Below are positions 52,062 through 64,000 of a stretch of 64,000 nt of DNA, one piece after another. Made by a program: the position numbers and the translations under genes. The DNA comes from Azolla caroliniana (Eukaryota > Plantae > Polypodiophyta): the NCBI GenBank assembly GCA_043228905.1, contig JBHGNT010000002.1, forward strand, positions 18,476,001-18,540,000, in the 5' to 3' direction. The stretch's first letter is position 1; each line of letters opens with the position of its first letter. The notes beneath the pieces were generated by a model. It did not search any database. It was not told the DNA's origin and saw nothing but the letters and a program-made list of their open reading frames with translations.

Positions 52062-53255
52062 ATATGCGTATAGTGCCTCCCAATTTAAAAATACGTTAAA
52101 TACATTTTTTAATATGTTAAATACTTATAAAATACGTATAGTACGTTAAATACTTCTAGAATTTGAAAATTATTTACCTTTCTAAACAATATTTATAATA
52201 TTATAAAAAGCATCTATGTTTACACAATTTTGTGATGTACATTATAGTTCTACATCCTAAAACGCATATAAGACATTTGAACATTTCACATCCTAAAATA
52301 CTTATAATATGGATGTCGACATTCACTTATTCTATAAATCAGTGTAAGTGTGTATCATGATGTTCTATTTCAAATTGTAATTATTTACGATTATGCCTTC
52401 ATAGATTGAGGAATTGTCTATGATTATCACACTAAGAATAGGTTTCTGTCTTCTTCATCTTCATCTTGTATCTTATGTGATTATCACACTCAAAGTTAGG
52501 ACAGGTTTTTGTCTTCTTTTCTCTCTTTTTCTTCTTCGACTTCTTCTTCGTCGTCGTCTCTTCTGTTCTTCTTTCTTCCATCTTTTTGCTTTTTTTTCAC
52601 TAAAATCTTTTTTTTCTTTTGCCTTTTGTTGAGGTTTTACTTACATTTTTTTATAAATACGTATTATACCTACTTTTCAAATGTACGTTAAATACCATAT
52701 TGGACAAATGTACATGATGTTTGACTGAACAACATTAAGGTATAATACATACTATACAAATTATGAGGTACTATACATATTTAAACGTTAAATACGTGTA
52801 CATAAACAACCATGGTACTGAGTCAACTGATCACCAAGGAATACATTGTAATAACTAATGATAGTACGGAATCCTCAAAAAAGGAACTTTAGGGCACATT
52901 ACTAAACCATCTGGACATGTAGTGAATATTTTATTTGGTAATGAACAATGTCAGTACTAAACAGCCAAGACCTTCATTCCTATTTGTTCGGTCATCCACA
53001 GCCTAAGTCAAGTGGGCACAAAACATACAATGTAATGAACAATGTTAGTACTAATACAAGTTATACAACTAAACATTTAAGAGCTTCAGTACTAAATAAT
53101 CAGTACTGAATCAACTAATCACCAAGGAATACAATGTAATCAATAATGTTAGTACTGAATCATGAAAAAAGGATCTTGAGGGAACAATACTCATTGGTAT
53201 ATGAACAGAACCAAATGTAGAATTATAAAATCATAGTATAAAATGACATAATAGT

Positions 53256-56200
53256 TGTTGAGTGAGTAAGCTCAAGTGGATCCTGATTGGCTGAAGAAGC
53301 TTGAGCTGGATCGGTATCCGGAAACAACTGGCCGGATCGGGGAGACGGATCGAACAGCCGGATTCAAGCGGGAACTAGAAACCTAGTAGTAGCCTAGACT
53401 ACTAGGTAATCATTGTGTCGTAATTAGTGTCAATCGCACGTAGGAATATTGAAGTACTTGTCAGTACTTCTACCAATCCTTTCTGGACTTATATAAATAG
53501 TGTTGTTTAGCACGTTGTATGTACAGAGTTTTCAGAGTGATATTTTGAATTGAGTTTATGTTTTGCTCTCTCTCTCTCTGTGTGTGTCTCTCCCGCGTAT
53601 ACTCTCTGTGTATTAAGCTTCTCCATTAATCCTTCATCATATTCTCTGTTGCTATCTGGTTGAGCCAGTTCTATCTAACGCTTCTGCACGTTTACATTCA
53701 CATGGCATCAGAGCGCAAGGGTTGAGAACCTCTGTAGTCGACACTTGCTTCCGTAGACGAACCCGAGAACCTGGTAACAATAGACAAAGAGAAGATATGG
53801 AAATAGGAATGGCGAGTTCACTTCCAACAAAGAAGCTCGATTGGAGCAACTACACGTCCTGGTCATACAAGATGCACTAGTACCTGTTGGAGCATGGATA
53901 TTGGAGCTTCGTAGAAGGAACAAACGAGGTAGCGCCAGAGCCGACACACAATGACTTCCCGGTATGGGAGCAAGGAGCGAGCCGAGTATTGTACTGCCTC
54001 GCATCCTGTGTGCACGATCAGATGCTCGGCTACATCAAGGATGTAAAGACGCCGAAGGAGGCCTTGGGAAATCTGAGGAAGATTTTCGCCGCGAGTACCA
54101 CATCCCGTAAGTTGCAGCTCCGGCAAGAGCTGAACAACATCCGGCAAAGAGACATGTCGGTTACGGATTACACCACCAAGATACAATAGATTTGTGACGC
54201 GCTCAGGTCCATCAATGTGACGATGGACAAAGCCGGGATGGTACAAGTCTGCCTACATTGTCTAATGCAAAGGCACGAGCCAATCCGGACAACGATCTGC
54301 ACCCGCGAGAAACCACCATCTTTCTTCGACTTGTAATCCATGCTAATGGTCGAAGAAAACCACGCGAGTGGGTCAAGGATCACTCAATCGGACGGTTGGA
54401 TGTTGTACATGGAGACAGATCGGCCCCATGGACGTGGTAGACGAGGTGGGTCGGCACGCAATTAAGGTGGCCGGCAAGAGCAGGACCGGAGGCATAGAGG
54501 TGGTACCGACAGCAGTTCCGGACCCTCCACAAGTAGGGGGAGTCAAAGTGGCGCCGGGAACCGGCAAGGAAAGGCCGACACGGAATGCTGGTACTGTGGA
54601 AAAAAGGGCCACAAAGAAGGTGAGTGTTGGAAGAAGCGGGCCGATTCGGACAAATCCGGATCCGGCAAAACCGGTCGGGAGAATTGGCAAAGCTCGCACT
54701 ACGCTGAAGGATCGGAAGGATTCGGAAATAGGAAAACCGGTAAAGGGCCAGCCTTTGTGATGAAGCACATGGCTAACTCGATGAAGAAGACTACTTCCAA
54801 ATCAGAGGAAGTATGGTACGTTGATTCTGGAGTGTCCAACCACATGACGAGCCATGAAGAGGCGTTCTCTTTTTTGGAGAAACCGGAACAACCAGGGATT
54901 GTCGAAACCGGAGACGACACCCCTCACCTGATTGTGCATGTCGGAGAAGTTCCTTTAAGCCATGTCGGACAAAAGGGGAAGCTGATGAACGTACTACACG
55001 TTCCGACTATCACAAAGAACCTGATGTCAGTTGGACAAATCATCGACCAGGGGATGCAAGTGTGATTTACACACCTAGGGTACTTCATGAAGGAAAAGGC
55101 CGGATAATTACACAAGGGCGCAGAGAAGGGAGGATGTTCATCCTCAACACCAATAACGTTGGCACCGCCATGTTTACCAAAGGGCAGAAGGTGGAGTCTG
55201 ACATCGACTTGTGGCACAAGCGGATCGGCCACGTCAACTACCAGAGGCTTCAGGACCTGCAATCGAAACAAGTTATCTTCGGCTTGCCGAAATTTAGCGG
55301 CCAGAAGGCCAAAATTTGTGAAGGCTGCCAACTTGGGAAGCAACACCAGCTTCCATTCCCACTGAATGAAACCGGAGCTGTAACAAGCTCAATCTAATCC
55401 ATTCGGATGTATGGGGACCGACACAAAACGTTAGTCTTTGCGGGAGTCGATACTTCGTCTCCTTTATCGACGACTACAGCCGACACACATGGATCTACCT
55501 CATTGAGAGGAAGAGCGAAGTCTTCGAATGTTTCCGAAACCTTGAAAGTTTAGTTGAATGGGAAATGGAGAGGAAGATCAAGTGCCTGCGGTTAGATGGC
55601 GGAAAAGAATACTTTTCCGGCCAATTCAACAGTTATCTGCAGCAAAACGGAATTCGAAGAGAATTCAGCTGCAAATACACACTGGAGCAAAACGGTGTGG
55701 CCGAAAGAAAGAACCAGTCGATTGTGGATACGGCAAGGGCAATGCTGGAGGAGAAGAGCATGCCCCAATTCTATTGGGCTGAGGCGGTCCGAACGGCCGT
55801 CTACATCCAAAACCGGATCAAAGACAAGGTGTCATCACATGAGATGTATTTTAGGCGGAAGCCAAATTTGAGACACCTTCCGATATTCGGTAGCATAGCA
55901 TATGTGCATGTAACGGATGAGAAGCGGAAGAAGCTAGATCCAAAGTCGGAGAAATGCATTCTAGTCGTCTACTCGCATGAGTAGAAGGGGTATAAGTGTT
56001 ATAACCCTCGGACTAAGCAGGTCCGAGTAAGCCGAGATGTCGAGTTTGATGAGGCAGAAGACAAATTTGAGACACCTTCAGATATTCGGTAGCATAGCAT
56101 ATGTGCATGTAACGGATGAGAACCGGAAGAAGTTAGATCCAAAGTCGGAGAAATGCATCCTAGTCGGCTACTCGCATGAGTAGAAGGTGTATAACTGTTA

Positions 56201-57866
56201 TAACCCTCGGACTAAGCAGGTCCGAGTAAGCTGAGATGTCAAGTTTGATGAGACGGCATTATGGTACTCCTTACCGACTCCAACTCCCGATGAAGACCCG
56301 ATTCCAGAAGATGAGGCTAGTGAGCCCGAGGAGGTCCAGGTAGAAGCTGAAGACTTAGGCACTCTAGAAGAGAGTCCGATCTCATTCCGGCTCAATGGAC
56401 CGAATGAGCGGCTGAGTCGAGATGACCAATCGGATGTAGAACCGGCGAATAATGGAGACTTTGCCATGCTCTCCCCGCGCAAGGAACCGAGGAGACAGTT
56501 CATGCGCAAAGAGAAGGGGAAGAAGAAGATGTCGGAATATGAAACCGCCAACATTGAGTCGGATTCGTTCCGATCCGACTCCGGAAAGGATGAAGGTGGA
56601 TCTTTGGGAACAAAGTCCGAACCAGCCAAGAAGGGCCCCAAACCAGGTGATGACAAGTTACGCCTGTCTTCCCGCTTGAAGAACCCCCTTACGCGGTACG
56701 AATACATGACACATCACTATGCATACATGACCAAAGTGGCGGAAGTGTGTGAGCCGGAGAGCTACATAGAAGCAGCAAAGGAAGCAAATTGGCGTGCCGC
56801 TATGGAGGAAGAAATGAGGGCACTCGATGGGATCTCTTTGACCCTCCTCGACACTGTAAACCGATCAGTTGCAAATGGGTGTGCAAGGTAAAGTACAATG
56901 TCGATGGTTCGGTTAACCGGTACAAGGCCTGGTTAGTGGCAAAAGGATACGCATAGACACACGGAATCGACTACGACAAGACCTTCGCTCCAGTAGCGAA
57001 CATGATGATGGTTCGCGTGGTACTGGCGGTTACTGCGGCAAGGGGATGGCATCTTCACCAAATGGACGTGAAGAATGTGTTTCTTCAAGTTGACCGTAAA
57101 GGAAGGGTTTACATGATCCAACCCTCCAATTTTCAGTCAGAGATGAACAAGTCGGCAGTGTGCTAGCTTAAGAAGTCGCTTTACGGTCTGAAACAAGCCC
57201 CCCAAGCTTGGAATGCAAAGATTACGCACCGGTTGCGTAAGATGGGGTTTGTGACCTCTAAATCTGACTCATCATTGTTCATCCGGCAAGGTCCAGACAG
57301 TCTGGTTTGCATCCTACTTTATGTTGATGATTTAGTCATCACCGGACCTGGACTCAATGAAATCAGCCGAGTAAAGTCGCAGTTGTTGGACGCATTTGAA
57401 ATGAAGGACCTGGGGGACCTTCATTGTTTTCTTGGGATCGTGGTGATCCGAACCCCCGATGGCATATTGCTCTCACAACAACACTATGTGTTGAATATGT
57501 TGTACAAGTTTGGCATGACGGAATCCCGACCTATCTCCACATCCCTGGACCGGAACCAGAAGCTCCGTCCCAACTCCAAACTGGCTTGCGATGAGAAACG
57601 GTTCCGACAAATTGTCGGAAGCCTCATATACCTAACAATCACTCGACCCGACCTCAGTTACCCATTCGGAGTGATCAGCCAGTTCATGCAAAAGCCGACT
57701 GTTGAGCACCTTTAGTGCGCACACTAGATACTCCGGTATGTGAACGACACAAAGGACCGGGGACTGTTAAACCGGAAGACGAGTCGGAGAACACTGACTC
57801 AGACATGAGCCAGAACAAATCAGGGTGGAAGTCGACGCCAACACGAAGGTACCGATGGGTCGACAA
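53256..57866 (+). mobile_element. Ty1/Copia element D (family of C), 3'-truncated in this window
   Basis: LTR 53256-53702; PBS TGGCATCAGAGC; gag, WYVDSG, INT, RT YVDD; ~200-bp tandem duplication at 55863/56063. Confidence 0.9.
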
Positions 57867-58147
57867 TGTCATGGTATGGCAAGACTCGAACCCATGACCT
57901 TATGTTATATGGGTCGAACTCTTGACATTATTTTCATTTAAGTTTTATTATAGGAAATTAATGTATATTCCAGATTTCTCTTGAACATTCTAGAAGCTTC
58001 AGGATTACTCCTGAGAACACTATAAAAGAAGGCACTAGGCATTATGTTGAACCAAATTGGTTCAACGCCAGTCTTTAGCCTCATAGCCATCTTGTACTTA
58101 CTCTTCCTATAATATATCATCTGTTATCATCATCTCTCTCTCTCTCA

Positions 58148-58185
<38 letters not shown>

Positions 58186-58557
58186 CTCCTTCCTCTCCCT
58201 CAGGAGTCTTACGTAGTCCCATCCTCTTAGTACTAATAGTACTTCCCTTCTCTAGTACTAATTCTCTCTCTGTTTTAGTACTATTCCTAACAGTTTGAAC
58301 CAATTATTTCTCTCTAGTCTTTCTTTTGGTTTCCCTCATCCTCTTATCTTTTCTTTTTCTATACAATGGCTTCTGTTATCGCCCAAGAATACCAATCTGT
58401 TTTCTCCGAGCTACAGTGTCTAAAAGAAAAATTCGTTGCCTTGGAAAAAGAAAACCAACGGTTTTTAGGGGATCTTCAACAAATCGCCCTAGAAAAATAG
58501 CAAAAGAAACAACAACATGGGGAGTTGCAACAACAACATCGGGAGTTAGCGTTACGT

Positions 58558-61500
58558 TGTCGCGTTATTACGCGCGTGCGTGTAGAAGGGGGGGGACCAC
58601 GTGGGTCTCGGACTAGAGAAGAAGGGAAGCCGAGAAGACGATTCCGGACGCGTCCCGGAGGCAACCGAACGAGAGAGAGAGAGAGAGACAAAGGAGAGGG
58701 AGGGCGTGCGCGCGACACCGACTCCTTTGCACAAAAAGCAAAGGGGTTGGGCTTCCGACACCACCAAGTACACCAATATGCACAAACAGACACAAATGTG
58801 TATATTACAAGCGAAATAATACAAATTTGGCTTCGAGCCGGACCAAGGTAGGTTACAACCACAGTCAGTTACCAAGCCGTGGTCAGGGAGGTCACGGGTT
58901 GTCGTGCCGAGCGGGGTCTTGCACAGAACCGAGCAGAAGCAAACCTCCAAATGGGGGGGGAGATACAACCAGGGCCCGAGCTGGCTATGCACAGAAGAAG
59001 AGAAACTAACCTAATAGCTTGCTGTCATAGCTATTGCTCGACTCCTCAAGAAGGAGCTGAAAAGAAACGAAGAAAAGAAAGAATGTAGAAAGAAACACAA
59101 AACGATATACCCTTACGACTCAAAATGGGCAACGCTTCTACAAGGGACCATCCCTTCCTTTTATAGAACAAGGAGAGGGATGCATTACAATGTGGGATAA
59201 ATCTTGATTTACATGGGATTCTTCGTCCCGACTTAACTCCTATTATTCACACATTTATACAAGGGTGAGTGCACATGGTGCACACCGCCGATTCTCCTGA
59301 TATTCTCTAATTCCTCGTAGGGACGGTTTTCTCCACGACATCCGCTCCCACCTAACCGCGCATCCATTGGTATGCGCCAAAATAGACTCTTTGCTGGAGA
59401 AGACCGGCCCACCCTTACCCTTCGTCCTCCAGATCGCCATTGGCTTCGAACCGGTCGTCCTCGTTATCCAAGTCGCCCGGGTCTGGTTCATCCTCGTGCG
59501 CTTGCCTCTTCGTAGGCCCATTCGATCCGTCAATAGGTCGTTCGTCGCGACCCCATAGCATGTGTGCCCCATTGTTGGCCCTTCGTTCGGCCGTATGCAC
59601 GCTCCGCTCTCCGCCGTACGCCTGGTGTTCTACGCTTGAGGAACACCCATCGTGGCCCGCTTGCCTCAGTCGATCGTCCGTCTGATCCTGGTTGTCGTCC
59701 CATGCAGTCGCCCATCGCCTTCGTCCCCTCGCCGCCACCTTCCTTCTTCTTGGTCTTACGTTGCCACGTCAGCTCGAACTGCCAAGGCCTCCGGAACCAG
59801 TGTGGAGGATCCCTTTCCGGCCTTCTACCCGATATCTCCTGATCCGGCAACCATCCGTTGTGCGCATACTTTCTTTTCGACACCTCCTTGTCTAGCACCA
59901 TCTATACCGAACATTGTCTCGTACTCGTGCTTTGCTTTGGCCCTCGATGGCCACACGCACGTCTTCTGTTCCGCTTTCGGGTGTGCCCTTTCTGGCTCGG
60001 CACACCGCTCCTCAACCAGGTGTCCTCGGTAGCTCACCGGAAGATCACCCTTGCCACGCCCTGGCTCGCATGGCCTCCGTCTTTCACGTAACACCTTGGT
60101 TGGTCGGTGCCTCTACTGTTGCCGCCTTTGTCCCCTTGTGGCCACCTTCCATTACCCTCGGTCTCACATTGCCACGTCGGCCGAACAACTGGGGTCTCCG
60201 GGCAGTCTGAAGAATCCTTCTAGGGCCTCCGTTTTGTTAGGTCACCGACTCGTGTACCAAGCGCGTCTAATCTTTGTCTTGCCGACCCCGCCTGTCGGGT
60301 CTGTATTCGGTTCGTGGCCGCCTCTCCGGCCTCATTCCTTCTTTCGCTCTGCTTTCCGTCGTCCAATCACGTTCACCTGCCGCCATCGTCCCTTCCTATA
60401 GGACTCACGTCGGCACTCGGACCGACCGTTGGATCGGTGTGAGGATCTTCATGGGACCTCCCCTTCTGCCTTCGGTTGCCCGCATTGCCACTGCCACCGT
60501 TCCTTACTCTAGGTCTCACGTGGGCTCTCGGGCCGACCGCTGGAGTTTCTTGAACCGGTGTGTGTAAGGTCGCAACTAACCGCTTGTCGTTTTCCCGACC
60601 TTCGCATCGGCATCTTCTGTTGGTCACGTTCACCTACTACCACTGATCTCTACTATAGGACTCACCTAATGGCACTCGGGCCGATAGCCAGATCGGTGTG
60701 AGGATCTTCGCAAACCGCCCATCCGCAGCCTTCTTTGCCTTCGTCCCCTCGCCGCCACCGATCATCACTCTAGGCCGACCGCCGGAGTTTGCAGAACCGG
60801 TGTGAAGGATCCTCCTCGGGCTTGTCGTATATTTGACCCTTATGCCGGGTCTTCCTTCTTTCGCAAGCCGAGAGGGTGGCTCGCTCCACACCCTCTCCCA
60901 TGGTACCAACGTACCGTGTTGCCGGCCTCTTCGTAAGCCTACTCTCTTCCTCCCTCCCGGAATGGTTATCCGGAAGTCCGCTCCGCCCGGTTCTCGTCCG
61001 GGTCCATCCGTCATTCTCTGGATTGCTAGATCCCGTTCTTCTGTCGCCACCGACCTCTCCTATAGGACTCACGCCGGCACTCGGGCCGACAGTCAGATCG
61101 GTGTGAGGATCTCTGTAGGACGGGTCTTCGTTCTCCTCTTCATCCCCTGTACTTCTCCTGAACTCGTTGTCGCTCTCCTTGCTGCATTCCCGCCTCCATC
61201 TTCCATCTCTTTCGGTCTCACGTTGCCACGTCGGCCGAACTACTGAAGTCTCTAGACAAGATGTGGGGTATCCGATTTCGCAACGTCTTTCGGCGACTCG
61301 TCCGGGCCACAACCCGTTTTAGTGGTGTCGGTGGAAAGCATCCGCTCTATGATCAACCAAGCCCCGCCTGGGCTTGATTCTCCAATGTCCGGAGTTTCGG
61401 CTCCAATGTCGACCTTGCCGGACTCGTTCTGAACCCTTGATCACCTTACTCCCGATTCCTGACCTTCACCCGACCAGTCTTTCTTCCCCATGTAAAAGGG

Positions 61501-63833
61501 GGCGGCTCGTTCCGCACCCTCTCCCGTATCGACACCTTCATGCCATTTCTGACCCCGATCGAACAGTCCACGACCGGATCACGCTCCACCCGTATCGGAG
61601 CACCGCACAGTTCGGTCCCCGGTCGGGTCGTTTCTTGATCTCTTCGTCGACGTTTTCGCGGGCCATCTCCCATCCATCTTCATTGGCATCGTGCCAAGAC
61701 TCCTCGATACCGTCATCCATCTCCTCGGTCTCACATGGGCATAAGGGCCCAAATGCCGAGTTCTCCGGAATCGGGTCCGAGGGCTTTAGTCTGCTCCTTC
61801 CCTGTATCGTCTCGCTAGTGATTCTTGGTCTCACGTCGCCGCCTTCCTCCTCTTGGGATTCACGTGGGCAGGCCCAACTCCATCATCTCGGGAGCAAGTG
61901 TGGGAAGACGCAAAGAATCGCCCGCCCGTTTTACGCCCTTGTCCGTAGCCACCGGCTCTTCGTGGTCGGTGGTCATCTCCTTACTGATCGCGGAAGCCCT
62001 GTCTGGGTTTGCTTTTCCAATGTCCAGGGTTTCAAGTTGACGTGCCCGAAACCGCCGGTCCCAACGTTCCGATTCCGCGATTGGTATCTCGGCCTCGTCC
62101 TCGATTGTTCTATCTCCGCAAGTCGAGAGGGCATTTTGTTTCGCACCCTCTCTCTCGTGGTACCGTCGTACCGGTCTTCTGCCATCTCGTGGGGCAAGTT
62201 CGGCTCATCGGCGTCGGCTTGTGGCCTCGATCTTTTCTCTTCCTCGAGCATCGCCTCGAGAGCTGCATACGCCTCCGCAATCTTGATCCCAAAGCCGAGC
62301 CTTGCCGACTCTCTTTGTCGTTCGGCCTCTTCCCATTGTGATGGCACGCCATCGCGCGCCTTCCCCTTTGCCTTCTTGGCTCACTCGTCATCTAGCCGTT
62401 AGCACACCCTTCCGACCTTCGACGAGTCCTCGGTGAGGCCATTCGCTCCATCCTCTTCTTCGAGCTCAATCCCAATGGCCTACCATTCTGCTCGGTCGAT
62501 CGACTTAACGAACAACAGGACTTTGTCCGCCCCCACCAAACCTTGTTCCCACTCTGGGAGCCGAGCAAGACGTCGCTTGAACTATCGAAACGCCTTCGTT
62601 GCGCCCCGGTGGGTCTTTGCCGATGCTACCCACTGGTCCAAGCCGGCTCTTCCGCCGTCCCCCATACGCTTGCAGGAGTGCCTCTTCGAAGGCCTCCCAT
62701 GAACTATGAGCTTCTCGAAGCTCCTTCACTTCCGCGTGCATACAGACAACGACGGTTCGACAGAAGAACTCCAGCCTCAACGCCTCGGCTACATCTCGCT
62801 CCTCCATTTCCACGTTGTAGGCTTCCAAGTAAAATGGGACCTTGTCCCCGTTGAAACGGCTGACTCTTTCGACCACTCGCTCAACCGCTTGCTGTACTGA
62901 CTCTCGTCTCGTTGTTGCTCGTCCAAACTCCCTCACCGCTTCGACAAGAAATTGCGCGAAGTCATCTTCTTCCAACTCCATTCTCCCTTGCCGCCCTTCA
63001 CGTCGGGTTCACCAAAGATGTCACATTATTACGCGCGTGCGTGTAGAAGGGGCGGGACCACGAGGGTCTTGGACTAGAGAAGAAGGGAAGCCGAGAAGAC
63101 AATTCCGGACGCGTCCCGGAGGCAACCGAACGAGAGAGAGAGAGAGAAAGAGAGTGAGAGATAGAGAGGCAAAGGAGAGGGAGAGCGTGTGCGCGACACC
63201 GACTCCTTTGCACAGGAAGCAAAGGGGTTGTGCTTCCGATACCACCAAGTACACCGATATGCACAAACAGACGCAAATGTGTATATTACAAGGGAAATAA
63301 TACAAATCCAGCTTCGAGCCAGAGCAAGGTAGGTTACAGCCGCACTCGGTTACCAAGCCGCCGGTCGGGGAGCTCACGGGATGTCGCGCCGAGCGGGGTC
63401 TTGCACAAAACCGAGCAAAACAAAACCTCCAAAGGAGGGGGGGAGATACAACCAAGGCCGGAGACGGCTACCCACAGAAGAAGAGAAACTAACCTAACAC
63501 CTTGCCGTCATAGCTACTGCTCGACTCCTCGAGAAGGAGCTGAAAAGAAACGAAGAAAAGAAAGAATGTAGCTAACCCTAGAAAGAAACACAAAACGGTA
63601 TACCCTTACTACTCAAAATGGGCAACCCTTCTACAAGGGACCATCCCTTCCTTTTATAGAACAAGGATAGGGATGCGTTACAATGTGGGATAAATCCCGA
63701 TTTACATGGGATTCTTAGTCCCGACTTAACTCCTATTATTGACACATTTATACAAGGGTGAGTGCACATGGTGCACACCGCCGATTCTCCCGATATTCCC
63801 CGATTCCGTCTAGGGACGGTTTTCTCCATGACA
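58558..63833 (-). mobile_element. Non-autonomous Gypsy-type LTR element (gag-like ORF, no recognisable pol)
   Basis: LTRs 58558-59340 and 63019-63833; TSD ACGT; PPT at 59341-59353; gag-like ORF 62981-62505 (RFNGDKVPFYLEAY). Confidence 0.85.
62997..63014 (-). promoter_or_regulatory. Primer-binding site complementary to the tRNA-Trp 3' end
   Basis: + strand TTCACGTCGGGTTCACCA matches the plant tRNA-Trp 3' end plus CCA as recalled; 4 nt from the LTR. Confidence 0.8.
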
Positions 63834-64000
63834 ACGTGTGCAACAACTCGAAGCAACGTTGCAACAACAAGGATCAAGTCCCCAAGAATTTTATAAAGAC
63901 CCCAAGATTGGACTTCCTGTGAAATTTGATGGAACTCAATCACAATTTAGGGGATTCCTCAATCCGGTACGTTTAGTCATTTAGATGCATCCTTCTCGAT

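Larger units (their letters stand above)
57867..64000 (+). mobile_element. 5' part of a Tcn1-like chromovirus (Gypsy), interrupted
   Basis: LTR TGTCATGG..CCTAACA 57867-58292 with TATA at 58021 and a (CT)n tract; gag start at ~58366, resuming after 63837 as KDPKIGLPVKFDGTQSQFRGFLN. Confidence 0.75.

Noticed and set aside
59255-62402. Many overlapping ORFs in the GC-rich LTR-element interior
   Set aside because: Expected from high GC and low complexity; no recognisable motifs
62997-63014. tRNA-Trp gene
   Set aside because: Only 18 nt including CCA, adjacent to an LTR, so it is a primer-binding site

Overview
Repeat-dense eukaryotic window, most likely from a non-seed land plant (spliceosomal introns, TTTAGGG-type telomere repeat, plant tRNA primer sites, Tcn1-like gag). 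Almost all of it is nested transposons: two decayed Sola2-like DNA transposase genes with convergent intron-containing cargo pseudogenes, six Copia, three Gypsy-type elements and two LTR-bounded remnants, most delimited here by LTR ends and target-site duplications (TSDs). The standout is a complete 9,265-bp cut-and-paste DNA transposon at 36502-45766 with 36-bp TIRs (35/36 identical) and a TCAA TSD. It carries a Sola1/DUF7869-like DDD transposase with one frameshift. Divergent from it lies an apparently intact 6-exon, 974-codon gene fusing a ParB/Sulfiredoxin-like domain to a bacterial-type beta-class amino (N6-A/N4-C) DNA methyltransferase, whose first intron holds an array of long palindromes. 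All coordinates were read by eye, and family names come from motif recognition, not database searches.
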